Virus record (IMG/VR): IMGVR_UViG_3300034152_000556 | Location: 1 to 64,000 of that record | DNA: 64,000 nt | Source: a virus | Strand: one strand, 5' to 3' | In this document: positions 1 to 9,769 of the stretch, in pieces | How the letters are laid out: every line of letters starts with the position of its first letter | Position numbering within the stretch: the first letter of the stretch is position 1 | The notes under the pieces: model-generated | Seen by the model: the letters and a program-made list of their open reading frames with translations, nothing else | Database searches by the model: none | Told to the model about the DNA's origin: nothing | Translations under genes and position numbers: made by a program

Positions 1-1
1 A

Positions 2-118
2 AACGGGTTTCTGGATACAGTGGCAACGGGAGATTATTATAGAATACAAGCTGGAATAATTGGGGCTTCAATGACTTTTGATACTTTAGGTTGTTGGGTT
101 TCTATGAAGGCGTTTTAA
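2..118 (+). CDS. 3' end of a gene running in from the left edge (possibly a virion/tail fibre protein)
   Basis: Frame open from 2 to TAA at 116-118 (NGFLDTVATGDYYRIQAGIIGASMTFDTLGCWVSMKAF*); function only guessed from context. Confidence 0.45.
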   Translation, partial: NGFLDTVATGDYYRIQAGIIGASMTFDTLGCWVSMKAF

Positions 119-133
119 CATAAGCTAAGAAAT

Positions 134-147
134 GGAACAAAAATAAA
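134..147 (+). promoter_or_regulatory. Putative phage late promoter (GGAACAAAAATAAA), possibly giving a leaderless mRNA
   Basis: Copy of the recurring intergenic G(A)GAACAAA motif directly abutting ATG 148; no SD. Confidence 0.55.
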
Positions 148-594
148 ATGGGAGCATCATACGCTATAATAAATAATTTGGTTCAGGAAGGATTTACGGT
201 TACCAATAAGCGTAATCGTTTAATCACTGGGATTCCTGTGGGTCAGTTTACTCATAAACTTTATGACCCGACTGATGCAGAAAGTGCGTTGGCTGTAACA
301 ATCACAGAGCTTGGTGATGGAAATTATCGTGCTGAATTTACACCAAATGTAACTGGTGATTGGTATTTAACTATTTACCACCCACGCTATTTCCCTTGGG
401 GTAAATCCAATGATATTAAAGTTCAGCCAAATGATGCAGAGATCGCTAGAAAGGTTCTAACAAATAAACAAACGTTAGTTAAAGATTCTGATGACCATTT
501 TGTACAAACAATTTATGATGATGATGAAACCACACCAATTCAAACAAACGATCTTACTTGCGATGGTGATACTGAAACGAGGGATCCGAGATGA
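148..594 (+). CDS. Putative virion protein (beta-rich, Ig-like)
   Basis: 148-aa ORF; TITELGDGNYRAEFTP...GDWYLTI pattern; late-gene context. Confidence 0.55.
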   Translation: MGASYAIINNLVQEGFTVTNKRNRLITGIPVGQFTHKLYDPTDAESALAVTITELGDGNYRAEFTPNVTGDWYLTIYHPRYFPWGKSNDIKVQPNDAEIARKVLTNKQTLVKDSDDHFVQTIYDDDETTPIQTNDLTCDGDTETRDPR

Positions 595-788
595 GCGACT
601 GTCAAGTAACGAACTTTGGTATTTTAACGAACGGAGCTTTCTCTGTTTGTTTTAGAAGAGGAGTTGGTGGTGGTGGCGCGCCTCCTAGAAAACAAGAAGA
701 GGTCAAACCAAGAATGATTATCACAAAAGTAGAGGAAGACGATATCAAGAAACGCCCGATTGATATTATAATCAAACGTATAGTGTGA
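591..788 (+). CDS. Hypothetical protein
   Basis: ATGA overlap with the upstream stop; co-directional. Confidence 0.6.
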   Translation: MSDCQVTNFGILTNGAFSVCFRRGVGGGGAPPRKQEEVKPRMIITKVEEDDIKKRPIDIIIKRIV

Positions 789-798
789 GGATAATAAG

Positions 799-1488
799 AT
801 GTTAAAAATAAATGTTTCTGAAGAAAAAAATATTGATTTTGAATTTGAATTAAGTGGTCTTTCACCATATCAAATAGAAACGAGATTCAGAGTAATGATT
901 GATAATATTGAATATGGATTTCCGGCCGAGGTTCGGACTGAATCAATTCGTGTTTCTATTCCTCCATTAAAAAGAATGATTATAAGAGATTTCAAAGAGG
1001 GCGAGACTTTCTCTGCTAGATTGGAAGTAAATGGTGATGGTCATTTTTTAACACCTTGGGAAGATCATATAAAAGTTCATAACCCAATAAAGATGGAGGC
1101 AAAATTAAACGAGAATGAGAAACAAGAGGATAAAGACCCACCTGAAATTAAAGTTCGAGTTAGCGAAAAAGCAAATAAAAAACCTCGGGGCGGAGATGTA
1201 GTTACTGATAATTTAAAGAAAGCAGTGAAAGAAAAAACTGAAAAAGTTTTGAAAGAAACCAAAAAAGTAACAGAGCAAAATAAAAATTTAACGAAACCAA
1301 AACCTAAGATGTCTTTTGATGAATTTAAAAATATGAAAAAAGAAGACATTATGAAATATATTTCAAGACGGGCAACAAAGAATGAGCAAATTCAGGAGAT
1401 GATTTATAATCAAGCTGTTACGGCTGCTGGCACAGGAGTACCATATAAGGTATTTCCGAAAGTTATGGAAATTCTTAGACGTAAATAA
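799..1488 (+). CDS. Hypothetical protein (Lys/Glu-rich C-terminal half)
   Basis: 229-aa ORF with GAGG SD. Confidence 0.7.
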   Translation: MLKINVSEEKNIDFEFELSGLSPYQIETRFRVMIDNIEYGFPAEVRTESIRVSIPPLKRMIIRDFKEGETFSARLEVNGDGHFLTPWEDHIKVHNPIKMEAKLNENEKQEDKDPPEIKVRVSEKANKKPRGGDVVTDNLKKAVKEKTEKVLKETKKVTEQNKNLTKPKPKMSFDEFKNMKKEDIMKYISRRATKNEQIQEMIYNQAVTAAGTGVPYKVFPKVMEILRRK

Positions 1489-1501
1489 GGGAGGTGTTTA
1501 T

Positions 1502-1627
1502 TTGAAAACCTGTCGTCTTATTTGGCGGCTTCGTCGAAAAAAGCAACTTAAAACTAGTGGATTTATAAAATACTTTAGTAGAAAGCAAGAGAAAATGAAA
1601 TTCAAACTTGTTGAAGCTAAATATTAA
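1502..1627 (+). CDS. Small basic protein, 41 aa (not in ORF track)
   Basis: Strong SD AAGGGAGGTG, then TTG start; MKTCRLIWRLRRKKQLK...EAKY*; fills the intergenic gap. Confidence 0.5.
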   Translation: MKTCRLIWRLRRKKQLKTSGFIKYFSRKQEKMKFKLVEAKY

Positions 1628-1642
1628 ATAGGAGAAAGAGAA

Positions 1643-1927
1643 ATGGCTGATAAATACGCAAAAGTGAAATTAGCAGCCTGGAAGTTCGTTGAGAATTGTC
1701 TCTCTGTGAAAGTCTGGGTTATATTTGTATTTATGTTTTTATCTGCTGCGTTGTTGTGGAAAGTCGGTTTAGATAAAGATACATTTGCAACATGGTGTAC
1801 AGGCAATGGTTCAATTGTTGCTACAGTTCTAGCTATTCGTGAGGGAATAAAAGTTAGAAAGATTACAGCTGCAAGCAATGGGGCAACTGAAGAGCAACGA
1901 AAAGACATCGAAAAGATCATGACATAA
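1643..1927 (+). CDS. Putative holin (two hydrophobic segments)
   Basis: 94 aa, two TM-like stretches, charged C-terminus, SD AGGAG; next to spanin-like genes. Confidence 0.5.
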   Translation: MADKYAKVKLAAWKFVENCLSVKVWVIFVFMFLSAALLWKVGLDKDTFATWCTGNGSIVATVLAIREGIKVRKITAASNGATEEQRKDIEKIMT

Positions 1928-1940
1928 GGAGAATGAGAAA

Positions 1941-2264
1941 ATGAGCGCACTAATGAGTATTGTCACTATAGGTGGCGTAGCGGGAATTGGTTTTCTGATC
2001 TTTTCTTTATTCAGTGGTAGTGGTGGGGCTGCTTTAAAAGGTCTCAAAGAGATGTTTACAAAAAAGAAAAAAGAAATTGACACATTGGAAAAGAAACAAG
2101 AAAAGCTTATTGATAAAGTTGTAGAAAGTAAGAAGATTGCAAAAGAAAAACGGGAAGAGGTTGTAAAAATCAGAGAAGAGGCAAACAAGAAGATTATGGA
2201 AACTCTTGAGAAAGAGGATTTAGAAAGCATCTTGTTGGAGGAAGACGAGGTATGGAACAACTAA
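1941..2264 (+). CDS. Putative inner-membrane spanin-like protein
   Basis: N-terminal TM followed by a Lys/Glu coiled coil. Confidence 0.5.
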   Translation: MSALMSIVTIGGVAGIGFLIFSLFSGSGGAALKGLKEMFTKKKKEIDTLEKKQEKLIDKVVESKKIAKEKREEVVKIREEANKKIMETLEKEDLESILLEEDEVWNN

Positions 2265-2794
2265 AACATATTCTTCTTATTATTGTTTCTGTAGCTTTCT
2301 TATTTTCTTGTGTGCATAAGACAGAGCTTATAAACATACCAGAACCTTTACCTGAAAAATTAACAGAGCCTTTACCAATTCCTGAATCTGAACTTGCTAA
2401 GATCATACCGCAAGAAAAAATTGATACAACAAAAAGAATTGTTGTGGACAATCGAGATGGGCATATAACAGATTTGCCGTCTGGGGTATTTGTTGCGTGG
2501 CCTCAAGATGAGTATAAAAAGATTGTAGCAAACTTAGTTCGATTCAAAGAAATCGAAAAGCTTGCTCAAAAGCTAGAAGAAGAGAATAGACAGCTTGTTA
2601 TTGTTATCAATGACATGACCGACTCTTTGAAAATGGAGAGATTATTACGTGCAAAAACAGTAGAACTACATAATCTAACAATTGCACAATTAAATGAAAT
2701 GGCAAAACAGAATGCTTGGTTAAAAACTGAGAACGCAATTATGAAAATAGGTATTGTTGGTGCTATTGTATTTCTTGCTGTAAGTGCTTTATAA
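2252..2794 (+). CDS. Spanin-like lipoprotein with an additional C-terminal TM
   Basis: Signal peptide plus lipobox-like FLFS-C, Pro-rich linker, coiled coil, C-terminal IGIVGAIVFLAVSAL. Confidence 0.55.
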   Translation: MEQLKHILLIIVSVAFLFSCVHKTELINIPEPLPEKLTEPLPIPESELAKIIPQEKIDTTKRIVVDNRDGHITDLPSGVFVAWPQDEYKKIVANLVRFKEIEKLAQKLEEENRQLVIVINDMTDSLKMERLLRAKTVELHNLTIAQLNEMAKQNAWLKTENAIMKIGIVGAIVFLAVSAL

Positions 2795-2807
2795 GGAGGA
2801 AGATAGT

Positions 2808-2915
2808 ATGGATTTTTTTATTGTTTTCTTACTTGGTGGTGTAGCAGGAGCATTATTTTGGTCAAAAGGATGGCCAATGCTGAAAGCAAAATTTCCTAAT
2901 CTATGGGGAAAATAA
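2808..2915 (+). CDS. Small single-TM protein, 35 aa (not in ORF track)
   Basis: SD AAGGAGG; MDFFIVFLLGGVAGALFWSKGWPMLKAKFPNLWGK*. Confidence 0.65.
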   Translation: MDFFIVFLLGGVAGALFWSKGWPMLKAKFPNLWGK

Positions 2916-2918
2916 ATT

Positions 2919-3965
2919 ATGGCTAAAAACATTCTTGATGTAAAAAAGAAAAAGAAAATGGCATTGCTTCGTAAGAGAGGAGCCAACGGAGTTGCTATTG
3001 GTTATAAAGTTAAAGATGGTGTCATAACAGATGAAATATCCATCATTGTTAATGTAGAAAAGAAATTACCGAAAGCTCAACTAAAAGACGCAGACATGAT
3101 TCCAAAAGAAATCGGAGGATTCAAAACTGATGTTTTTGAGCTTGGAAAAGTTGTGGCTCTAGATTTAGATACTGAAAAAAAGTATAGACCCGCACCCTGT
3201 GGAGTATCAATCGGTCACAAGAATATCACTGCTGGGACGTTTGGGTGCGTGGTTTATCAGAATGGCGTCCCGTATATTCTAAGCAACAATCATGTTCTAG
3301 CAAATTCAAACGCAGCAAAGATTGGTGATGAAATTCTTCAACCTGGACCTCATGATGGTGGTACAATGAATGATCAGATTTCAGTTCTGCATCAATTCAT
3401 TCCAATCGATATGGGCGGCGACCCAGAGCCTCCGCCCCCATCACCACCAGATGACCCACCTGATAATGGTGGTGGTGGAAGCAGTTGCCCTATTGCTAAA
3501 GTGTTTGCTAAGTTCGGAAACTTTGTTGCTAAAGTTACTGGTTCAAGCTATGTTGTCAAGCTTGAAAAGTTTTCAGCACCAAACTATGTAGATGCTGCGC
3601 TTGCCGGTCCTGTAGAGGTCGGTGGTGATGTTACAGATGAGATTGTTGATATTGGAAAAATAAGTGGTGTGATTGAAACACCAACTTTGCTTCTTGATAT
3701 TAAGAAGTTTGGTCGAACCACACATTATACAGAAGATAAGATTCTTCAGCTTCATGCTGATGTGCAAGTTGGGTATAGCTCAACTCAGACAGCATTGTTT
3801 GAAGATCAGATTATCGCTGGGCCAATGAGTGCTGGTGGTGACTCTGGTTCTATTGTTGTTGATTTTGACAATAGAGTTATCGGTCTTCTATTTGCTGGTT
3901 CAGCTTATTCAACAATCATCAACCCAATTAAATATGTAATTGATGCGTTGAATATTACATTCTAA
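2919..3965 (+). CDS. Trypsin-like serine protease with N-terminal pro-region
   Basis: Catalytic motifs LSNNHVL (His), VDAALA (Asp), GDSGS (Ser). Confidence 0.85.
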   Translation: MAKNILDVKKKKKMALLRKRGANGVAIGYKVKDGVITDEISIIVNVEKKLPKAQLKDADMIPKEIGGFKTDVFELGKVVALDLDTEKKYRPAPCGVSIGHKNITAGTFGCVVYQNGVPYILSNNHVLANSNAAKIGDEILQPGPHDGGTMNDQISVLHQFIPIDMGGDPEPPPPSPPDDPPDNGGGGSSCPIAKVFAKFGNFVAKVTGSSYVVKLEKFSAPNYVDAALAGPVEVGGDVTDEIVDIGKISGVIETPTLLLDIKKFGRTTHYTEDKILQLHADVQVGYSSTQTALFEDQIIAGPMSAGGDSGSIVVDFDNRVIGLLFAGSAYSTIINPIKYVIDALNITF

Positions 3966-3972
3966 ATTAGAT

Positions 3973-3994
3973 GGGTGGGTCTTCTGGCCCACCC
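3973..3994 (+). terminator. GC-rich stem-loop after the protease gene (no U-tract)
   Basis: GGGTGGGTC-ttct-GGCCCACCC. Confidence 0.5.
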
Positions 3995-4012
3995 CATAGA
4001 AAGGTTTGAAAG

Positions 4013-4645
4013 ATGAATTATTTTGACAAGATAAAAGAATTGCTTGAAGAGTGTATGACAGAAAAAGGGTTTAAATTATGGTCTGGCATCAATGGTATAC
4101 TTCCAGATGTTTGGGACAAGCTTACAGCATCAACAAAAAAATACCACAAAAAAATGGATGGTAGTGTACCAAACCTTGATGAGCATGTTTATGAGATGCT
4201 ATATGCTGCAAAGAAATTAATTCGTATGTTTGGGTATGAGCTTAAAACACCAGACGCAGATGTTATTTTCTTTGCTGTAGCTATGCACGATACTTTGAAA
4301 TACGGTAAGTGGGGCACTAGAAAATTCTGCGATAATCAACATGATCGTGAAGCTGGTGATATGGTAAGGTACAATAAAGACACTTTTCTAAAACTCTATA
4401 CCGAAGAACAGTTCAATAACTTAGAAGAGGCGGTGAGGTTTCATTCTGGTCGGTGGAGCACTGATGTTCCAGACCCATCAAACTTTGATTTAAAAGACAT
4501 AGGTCCAATTGCTTACTTCGTGCATATACTAGATATGCTTTCAGCACAAGACCTTATTCAAACAGATGTGAGGAATACAAATGACATTATCAGCAACGAG
4601 ACTAGTACCGGAGATACAGCATTGGCTACAGCTGTTAATAATTAA
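4013..4645 (+). CDS. HD-domain phosphohydrolase
   Basis: H...MHDTLKYG...FHSGRW...HILDMLS pattern. Confidence 0.8.
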   Translation: MNYFDKIKELLEECMTEKGFKLWSGINGILPDVWDKLTASTKKYHKKMDGSVPNLDEHVYEMLYAAKKLIRMFGYELKTPDADVIFFAVAMHDTLKYGKWGTRKFCDNQHDREAGDMVRYNKDTFLKLYTEEQFNNLEEAVRFHSGRWSTDVPDPSNFDLKDIGPIAYFVHILDMLSAQDLIQTDVRNTNDIISNETSTGDTALATAVNN

Positions 4646-5204
4646 TTCTGCTGTAAACAAAGATGGTATTCCTGCTCCTGTTGCGATTGACGATACCTAT
4701 ATGCCTCAAGCATCTTTTATCGAGATGCTTTTCAATGACACTTACTCATACAACGAATACAAATACTTATACGTTCTAAAACAAAATAAATATTGTATGC
4801 CTTTTAGTGTTTTCAACCGTTTACAGATTTATGATTTTTGGCGGTATTGCTACGTTGATACAACTGGTGAAAATATATTTTCTCTTGTTTCTGATGACAT
4901 CACTATGCTTAACGCTTTATTGCAGTTTCGAATAGATTCAACATCTTTAACAGTTGTTGATTCTACAACAGCGACTACTCTAACACATGATACTACGGCT
5001 AGCTTGTGGATTCTATCTAGTAGTCCAAGCATTCTTTCAACACCACTATCTAAACTGATTTATATCTATTTAGACTTTGCCGTAAATGGACGTACAACCT
5101 ATTATAATAATACAACGGTATTGGGAAACAGTGTACTGAGTTGTTCATATGAGATATATGTTCTAGAGAAAATTTTTGCTGCCGTGACCGCAAGAGGTTA
5201 CTAA
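4581..5204 (+). CDS. Putative virion/baseplate protein (Ser/Thr-rich)
   Basis: SD GAGG; abuts the gp7-like gene; composition matches other structural ORFs. Confidence 0.6.
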   Translation: MTLSATRLVPEIQHWLQLLIINSAVNKDGIPAPVAIDDTYMPQASFIEMLFNDTYSYNEYKYLYVLKQNKYCMPFSVFNRLQIYDFWRYCYVDTTGENIFSLVSDDITMLNALLQFRIDSTSLTVVDSTTATTLTHDTTASLWILSSSPSILSTPLSKLIYIYLDFAVNGRTTYYNNTTVLGNSVLSCSYEIYVLEKIFAAVTARGY

Positions 5205-7733
5205 ATGATTGACTTAACAACCTTCTGGAAAATATGGGCCCAAATTAGAGGGACGGACCAAGAAGATTTAACAGCAGCTCTCAAGGCTCTTGCGCAATCA
5301 GAACAATCGAAAACTCAGAACTTCTGGAATAATATTATTCGTCAGCCGTGTTATAACTCTCAAGACTTCTTGAGAATTACCAACATGTTTGTTGATTGGT
5401 ATGCGTCATTAAAAACAATGACTTCAACCCAAACTCAGATCACTGATCCGTTCTCAAGATCAAATGATGAGCTTGACGAATTGTTTAGAAGTTTTGGTTA
5501 TAACTATTCAACAAGTATAAAGGGACCGACATCGGACCCAACTTCTCTCAAAGTAAACTTTCTTCTTGACTTGGTCAATCTTTATAAGATTAAAGGTACA
5601 CCGCAAGCAATGGTGGAAGTGCTTCAGTACTATGGAATCTCTGATGTTGATATCTACGAACTTTGGCTAGAGAAGCAAACCGCTAATAGTTTAGTATTTA
5701 GAAGTCAGTTTGCAGCAGGAACCACTGGCGATGTGTCTCCTCTGTATTTACCTTTCTCTCTATTAACTGCCAATGACCCTCACTGGCGTTATACAGAAGG
5801 TCAGATATTAACACTTGACCAAAACAATAAAATCAATCTACCATCTAAATCACCTTACTTTGCGATTAAACCAATATTTGATATTAATAGCACAAGTACT
5901 GCTGTTCTATCTCGTCTTGTTCAAGATCAATATGACACATTTGATGCTGGTGGTACGCTAGATCAAGATGCTTCAGTTACTTTAACTGGAACTAAAACAT
6001 CTCTACTTGGTTTGTATTTGGCTTGTGTCTATTATTTTAATCTTGAATACGTGGCTGGATTTAACTCTGGTAATAACTTTGTTTGCTATGACGGAACTGA
6101 TGTATCATCAGTTTCAGCAATTGTTGATCAATTTGATAATATTACACAATCAAGAATAACAGATAGAAGTCAGATACTAACACGTTTAAATCAATATTAT
6201 GATCTTTTCACCAGAGTTGATACAAGCAATTTTCTACAGAACACAACCGATGCGGGGAACTATCTGGATAGTGTAGATCCTACGCTGAAGAGTGACCTAG
6301 CTTCCCTTGGTGAAACTAACGTTGTAATTCTTGAATCACTTTTGAAAGATTTGGGTGATTGGGTTAAAATTAATATTAGCTTTGGGTTTGTAAATATTGC
6401 TTTGATTTTAAGTGGTTTAGGTGAAGTGTTTTCTGACATTCGAAATGCGATTAACTTTTTCAAACCATATCATGCACGTTTGTTGCCTATCGAATCTCTA
6501 CAATCTAAAAATAGATTGTTTGGAACATTCTTAATTGAAGACCGAGATTTTAGCTATGATCTAGAACAAAGATTATATGATTACTTTACAGGGAATGGGG
6601 CACCTTGTTGTGACAACACTTCTGCTGTTCTTTGTTCTGGCGCTTCAGAACAATATTATTCGAGAAGCACATACGACTGTCATTCTTATCATGACATTGG
6701 TATGGTTACAGATATACCAAGAGAATTTGAAATCTATGAAGAATTCTCTTTGTATGATGCTCTTCGTTGTCCAATAGATAGCACTGAGTTTGTAGTATCT
6801 GAAGTTTTAAACCAAGAGTTGATAGGACCAAATACAAAGAAGATAAATCAGGGAGAGAGAACTGTTAGTGTTCTAATACCTGATCAAACAAGCGCAGATT
6901 ATGCAATCAATGTTGATGTGGTTAATACTATCGATGCCAATCCATCGGTGTATGATTACGTAATTATAAACAAACGCGCAGCAGGGTTCACAGTCCGATT
7001 TTCTGACTTAATCGATGATGAGAATTATTGGTTAACATATGATTACAGCAAGAGTTCATTATCTGGGTCTGAACCGCTGACCACAGGAGATACTGAGAAG
7101 AGTGTCCTGTTTCCTAGTCCGGTTCTAAATCCAAACTACTCTGTAGCGGTCAATTTAAGCAACTCTGTCGATATAACCCCAGCAATGTATTCTCATTCTT
7201 TGATTGAGAAAACACAAAATGGATTTAAAGTTCAATTTTCAGATGCTATTGAATCTGATGATTATCTACTTGAATGGATTGTATATGACACTACAACAAG
7301 CGGTGTTACAGCTTTACCACTTGGTGTTTCAAGTGCAAATATTACTTTACCGGCTGCTGAACTAAATGATGATTATGCAATCATTGCTGAAATAACAAAT
7401 ACAGTTGATGCTTCATCATCAATCTATACCTATCTAATTACTCAAAGATCAACTACAGATTTTACAATCACATTATCAGGTATTACCGATAGTGCGAACT
7501 ATTCATTATCGTGGTACATTGTTTCACAACAGTTGCAGTTAGATGCTCTTGAGTATTATCAGTCAGGGTCGATACGAGATTTTGACAATGTTGGTAGCTT
7601 TGACTGTACACATGGTTTCGATCTAGTGCAAATCTCCCTTCTGCCTTCAGCCTACTTTATCCTCAAAGAAGACGGCGGCTATTTATTGAACGAAACTGGC
7701 GGTCGTTTCTATTTGGAAGAGAGTCCGATATAA
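5205..7733 (+). CDS. Baseplate wedge protein (gp7-like) with three tandem C-terminal beta-domains
   Basis: LYKIKGT..AM..VL and FFKPYHARL motifs; three ~75-aa repeats ending Y-x-L-x-W/Y. Confidence 0.65.
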   Translation: MIDLTTFWKIWAQIRGTDQEDLTAALKALAQSEQSKTQNFWNNIIRQPCYNSQDFLRITNMFVDWYASLKTMTSTQTQITDPFSRSNDELDELFRSFGYNYSTSIKGPTSDPTSLKVNFLLDLVNLYKIKGTPQAMVEVLQYYGISDVDIYELWLEKQTANSLVFRSQFAAGTTGDVSPLYLPFSLLTANDPHWRYTEGQILTLDQNNKINLPSKSPYFAIKPIFDINSTSTAVLSRLVQDQYDTFDAGGTLDQDASVTLTGTKTSLLGLYLACVYYFNLEYVAGFNSGNNFVCYDGTDVSSVSAIVDQFDNITQSRITDRSQILTRLNQYYDLFTRVDTSNFLQNTTDAGNYLDSVDPTLKSDLASLGETNVVILESLLKDLGDWVKINISFGFVNIALILSGLGEVFSDIRNAINFFKPYHARLLPIESLQSKNRLFGTFLIEDRDFSYDLEQRLYDYFTGNGAPCCDNTSAVLCSGASEQYYSRSTYDCHSYHDIGMVTDIPREFEIYEEFSLYDALRCPIDSTEFVVSEVLNQELIGPNTKKINQGERTVSVLIPDQTSADYAINVDVVNTIDANPSVYDYVIINKRAAGFTVRFSDLIDDENYWLTYDYSKSSLSGSEPLTTGDTEKSVLFPSPVLNPNYSVAVNLSNSVDITPAMYSHSLIEKTQNGFKVQFSDAIESDDYLLEWIVYDTTTSGVTALPLGVSSANITLPAAELNDDYAIIAEITNTVDASSSIYTYLITQRSTTDFTITLSGITDSANYSLSWYIVSQQLQLDALEYYQSGSIRDFDNVGSFDCTHGFDLVQISLLPSAYFILKEDGGYLLNETGGRFYLEESPI

Positions 7734-7791
7734 AGTTGGAGTATATCCCAGTGTTTTCGAGGCTTTATACGGGACGTTTGAGTATTTAGGT

Positions 7792-7805
7792 GGAACAAAT
7801 ACGTG
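7792..7805 (+). promoter_or_regulatory. Putative phage late promoter (GGAACAAATACGTG)
   Basis: Recurring motif in an intergenic gap, upstream of SD AGGAGG and ATG 7831. Confidence 0.55.
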
Positions 7806-7830
7806 AATAAAACTTCTAGGAGGATAGTCT

Positions 7831-9051
7831 ATGCCAACCGTTAAATATCCTGGTTTGATAGATTTTGTAAAAGAAGAAATTATTAAAGGTACACATATAA
7901 AAGATATCTATGACGATGCTGTTCGTATTTTTGGTTATGAAGAAGACTTGGCTTTGTTTTATAGTTATGTTTACAAAGTTAAGATGCGTCATTTGAAAGA
8001 TTATGATGAGCCAGATAGAATTAGAACAGCAGACGACCAAGATAAGGGCGATAAACTTCTAAGCATTCTTCAGAAAAGAAAGATCGTTGGTGGTGAAGAA
8101 GCTTGTGATTTTTTATCGACCAAACCTAAAGAACTATTTGATCTTATTCAAGATTTAAGAAAAGATGGGTTCGAAATTATTTGTGATGAAGCCAATATTA
8201 TTCTAAGTTCAGACGTTGCTTCTGAAGGAGAATCTATTAAGAAACCTATAGAGGACAGAGAAATTATATTTGGTGTTGCATCTGACTTGCACTTTGGTTC
8301 TAAAGAATGTCAGATAACAGCGCTGAATGAGTTTGCTCATATCTGTAGAAAGAAAGGGGTTAAGTATATGCTTTGCCCCGGAGATGTTTTTGCTGGCTAT
8401 AGAGTTTATAAAGGTCAAGAGTTTGAAGTCTATGCTATGTCAGCACAAGAACAAGAAGAATCCGCGATTGTGAATTTACCAGAAGGTTTTGAATGGTACA
8501 TGCTTGGTGGTAATCATGACTATTCTTTTATTAAATCAAGTGGTCACAACCCGCTTCTTGCTCTAGAGAACCAAAGACCAGATGTTCACTATGTCGGTTA
8601 TGACGATGTGAATATTCCGATTCTTCCTGGTGTAGATTTAAAGATGTGGCACCCGAGTGGTGGAGTACCATATTCTGTTTCTTATCGTTTGCAGAAAGGT
8701 GTTGAACAAATTGCTTACAGCGAACTAGCAAACATTTCAAGAAATATCAAAGATAGACCAAGCGTTCGATTTTTACTATGCGGTCACTTGCATGTTCAAA
8801 TGCAAGCTATGTTTGGTTCGATCTTTGGTGCTCAGTGTGGTACATTCGAGGGGCAGACGACTTATCTAAAACGTAAAGGTCTGCATCCTCTTATTGGTGG
8901 ATACATTATTAAAGCTGATATTGCACAGTCTGGTATTATTCGAAACTTTGATGCTAAGTATTATATGTTTCCAAAAGAGATACAGGACGATTGGAAGAAC
9001 TACAATCATAGTATCAAGCACGAAAAAATAACCAAACCGTTGTTCTCTTGA
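7831..9051 (+). CDS. Calcineurin-like metallophosphoesterase with N-terminal HTH-like region
   Basis: SDLHFG, GDVF, GGNHD, HPSGG, GHLH motifs. Confidence 0.85.
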   Translation: MPTVKYPGLIDFVKEEIIKGTHIKDIYDDAVRIFGYEEDLALFYSYVYKVKMRHLKDYDEPDRIRTADDQDKGDKLLSILQKRKIVGGEEACDFLSTKPKELFDLIQDLRKDGFEIICDEANIILSSDVASEGESIKKPIEDREIIFGVASDLHFGSKECQITALNEFAHICRKKGVKYMLCPGDVFAGYRVYKGQEFEVYAMSAQEQEESAIVNLPEGFEWYMLGGNHDYSFIKSSGHNPLLALENQRPDVHYVGYDDVNIPILPGVDLKMWHPSGGVPYSVSYRLQKGVEQIAYSELANISRNIKDRPSVRFLLCGHLHVQMQAMFGSIFGAQCGTFEGQTTYLKRKGLHPLIGGYIIKADIAQSGIIRNFDAKYYMFPKEIQDDWKNYNHSIKHEKITKPLFS

Positions 9052-9058
9052 TAGGTTG

Positions 9059-9087
9059 GTTGGGGGGCTTGTGGTGGGCCCCCCAAC
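9059..9087. terminator. Stem-loop between convergent genes
   Basis: GTTGGGGGGCTT-gtggt-GGGCCCCCCAAC. Confidence 0.65.
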
Positions 9088-9090
9088 GCA

Positions 9091-9618
9091 TTAAGCCATT
9101 TCCATCGAGCGAATCGACAACATGTGTTCTCTCAGGTCTATACCTTTACCACAATTGGTACAGACGCCATCTCGTTCATTCGTGTGCTTGCAGAGAGTTT
9201 GCCAATTTCGAATGCAAGTATAGTGATGAAAGAAATCACCACCATCTCTGTAGCTTCTCAAATGACCGAAGATCATGTGTCGAATTCCCTCCTGCACAAA
9301 GTTGTCCACCATGAGATCACCTTTTCCCTTTCCCTTGAATTTTGTGAGGTCTTCACCGCACTCGTGACATCGAAATCCCATATCCCAATCGACAGATCGT
9401 TCACAATGCATTGAACTGATGAATGCTTTGCAATTCCAGCAGTGAGAGATATACGGAAAAGCCAGTGCATCTCTTTTCACTTTACTGGTGTCACTCAGAG
9501 GGTTACCGAATGTGTCACATACCGTTCCATCCGATCTCATGTAATATATCGGATGAATCCGCCACGGTGTAAGTGATGCCATGTCCTGAACTACTTTGTA
9601 GGTGAACTGTTGAATCAT
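9091..9618 (-). CDS. Zn-finger (CxxC-rich) hypothetical protein
   Basis: CWNC, CHEC, CTNC; start moved to ATG 9618 following SD AAGGAGG. Confidence 0.65.
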   Translation of the reverse strand: MIQQFTYKVVQDMASLTPWRIHPIYYMRSDGTVCDTFGNPLSDTSKVKRDALAFPYISHCWNCKAFISSMHCERSVDWDMGFRCHECGEDLTKFKGKGKGDLMVDNFVQEGIRHMIFGHLRSYRDGGDFFHHYTCIRNWQTLCKHTNERDGVCTNCGKGIDLREHMLSIRSMEMA

Positions 9619-9769
9619 TTTGACCTCCTTCTTCAACGATTACATATGCCCCAAAAACTCCACTTTGTTTCATATAACTTGGGATGTGGGGGTTATAGAA
9701 ATGATGAAAAGCAATTACACAACAGAAAACTACACAAGACACCGAAATAAGAAATGATATGATCTTCAT
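9515..9769 (-). CDS. Small membrane-anchored hypothetical protein
   Basis: SD AAAGGAG before ATG 9769; N-terminal hydrophobic stretch; overlaps the next gene by ~100 nt. Confidence 0.45.
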   Translation of the reverse strand: MKIISFLISVSCVVFCCVIAFHHFYNPHIPSYMKQSGVFGAYVIVEEGGQNDSTVHLQSSSGHGITYTVADSSDILHEIGWNGM

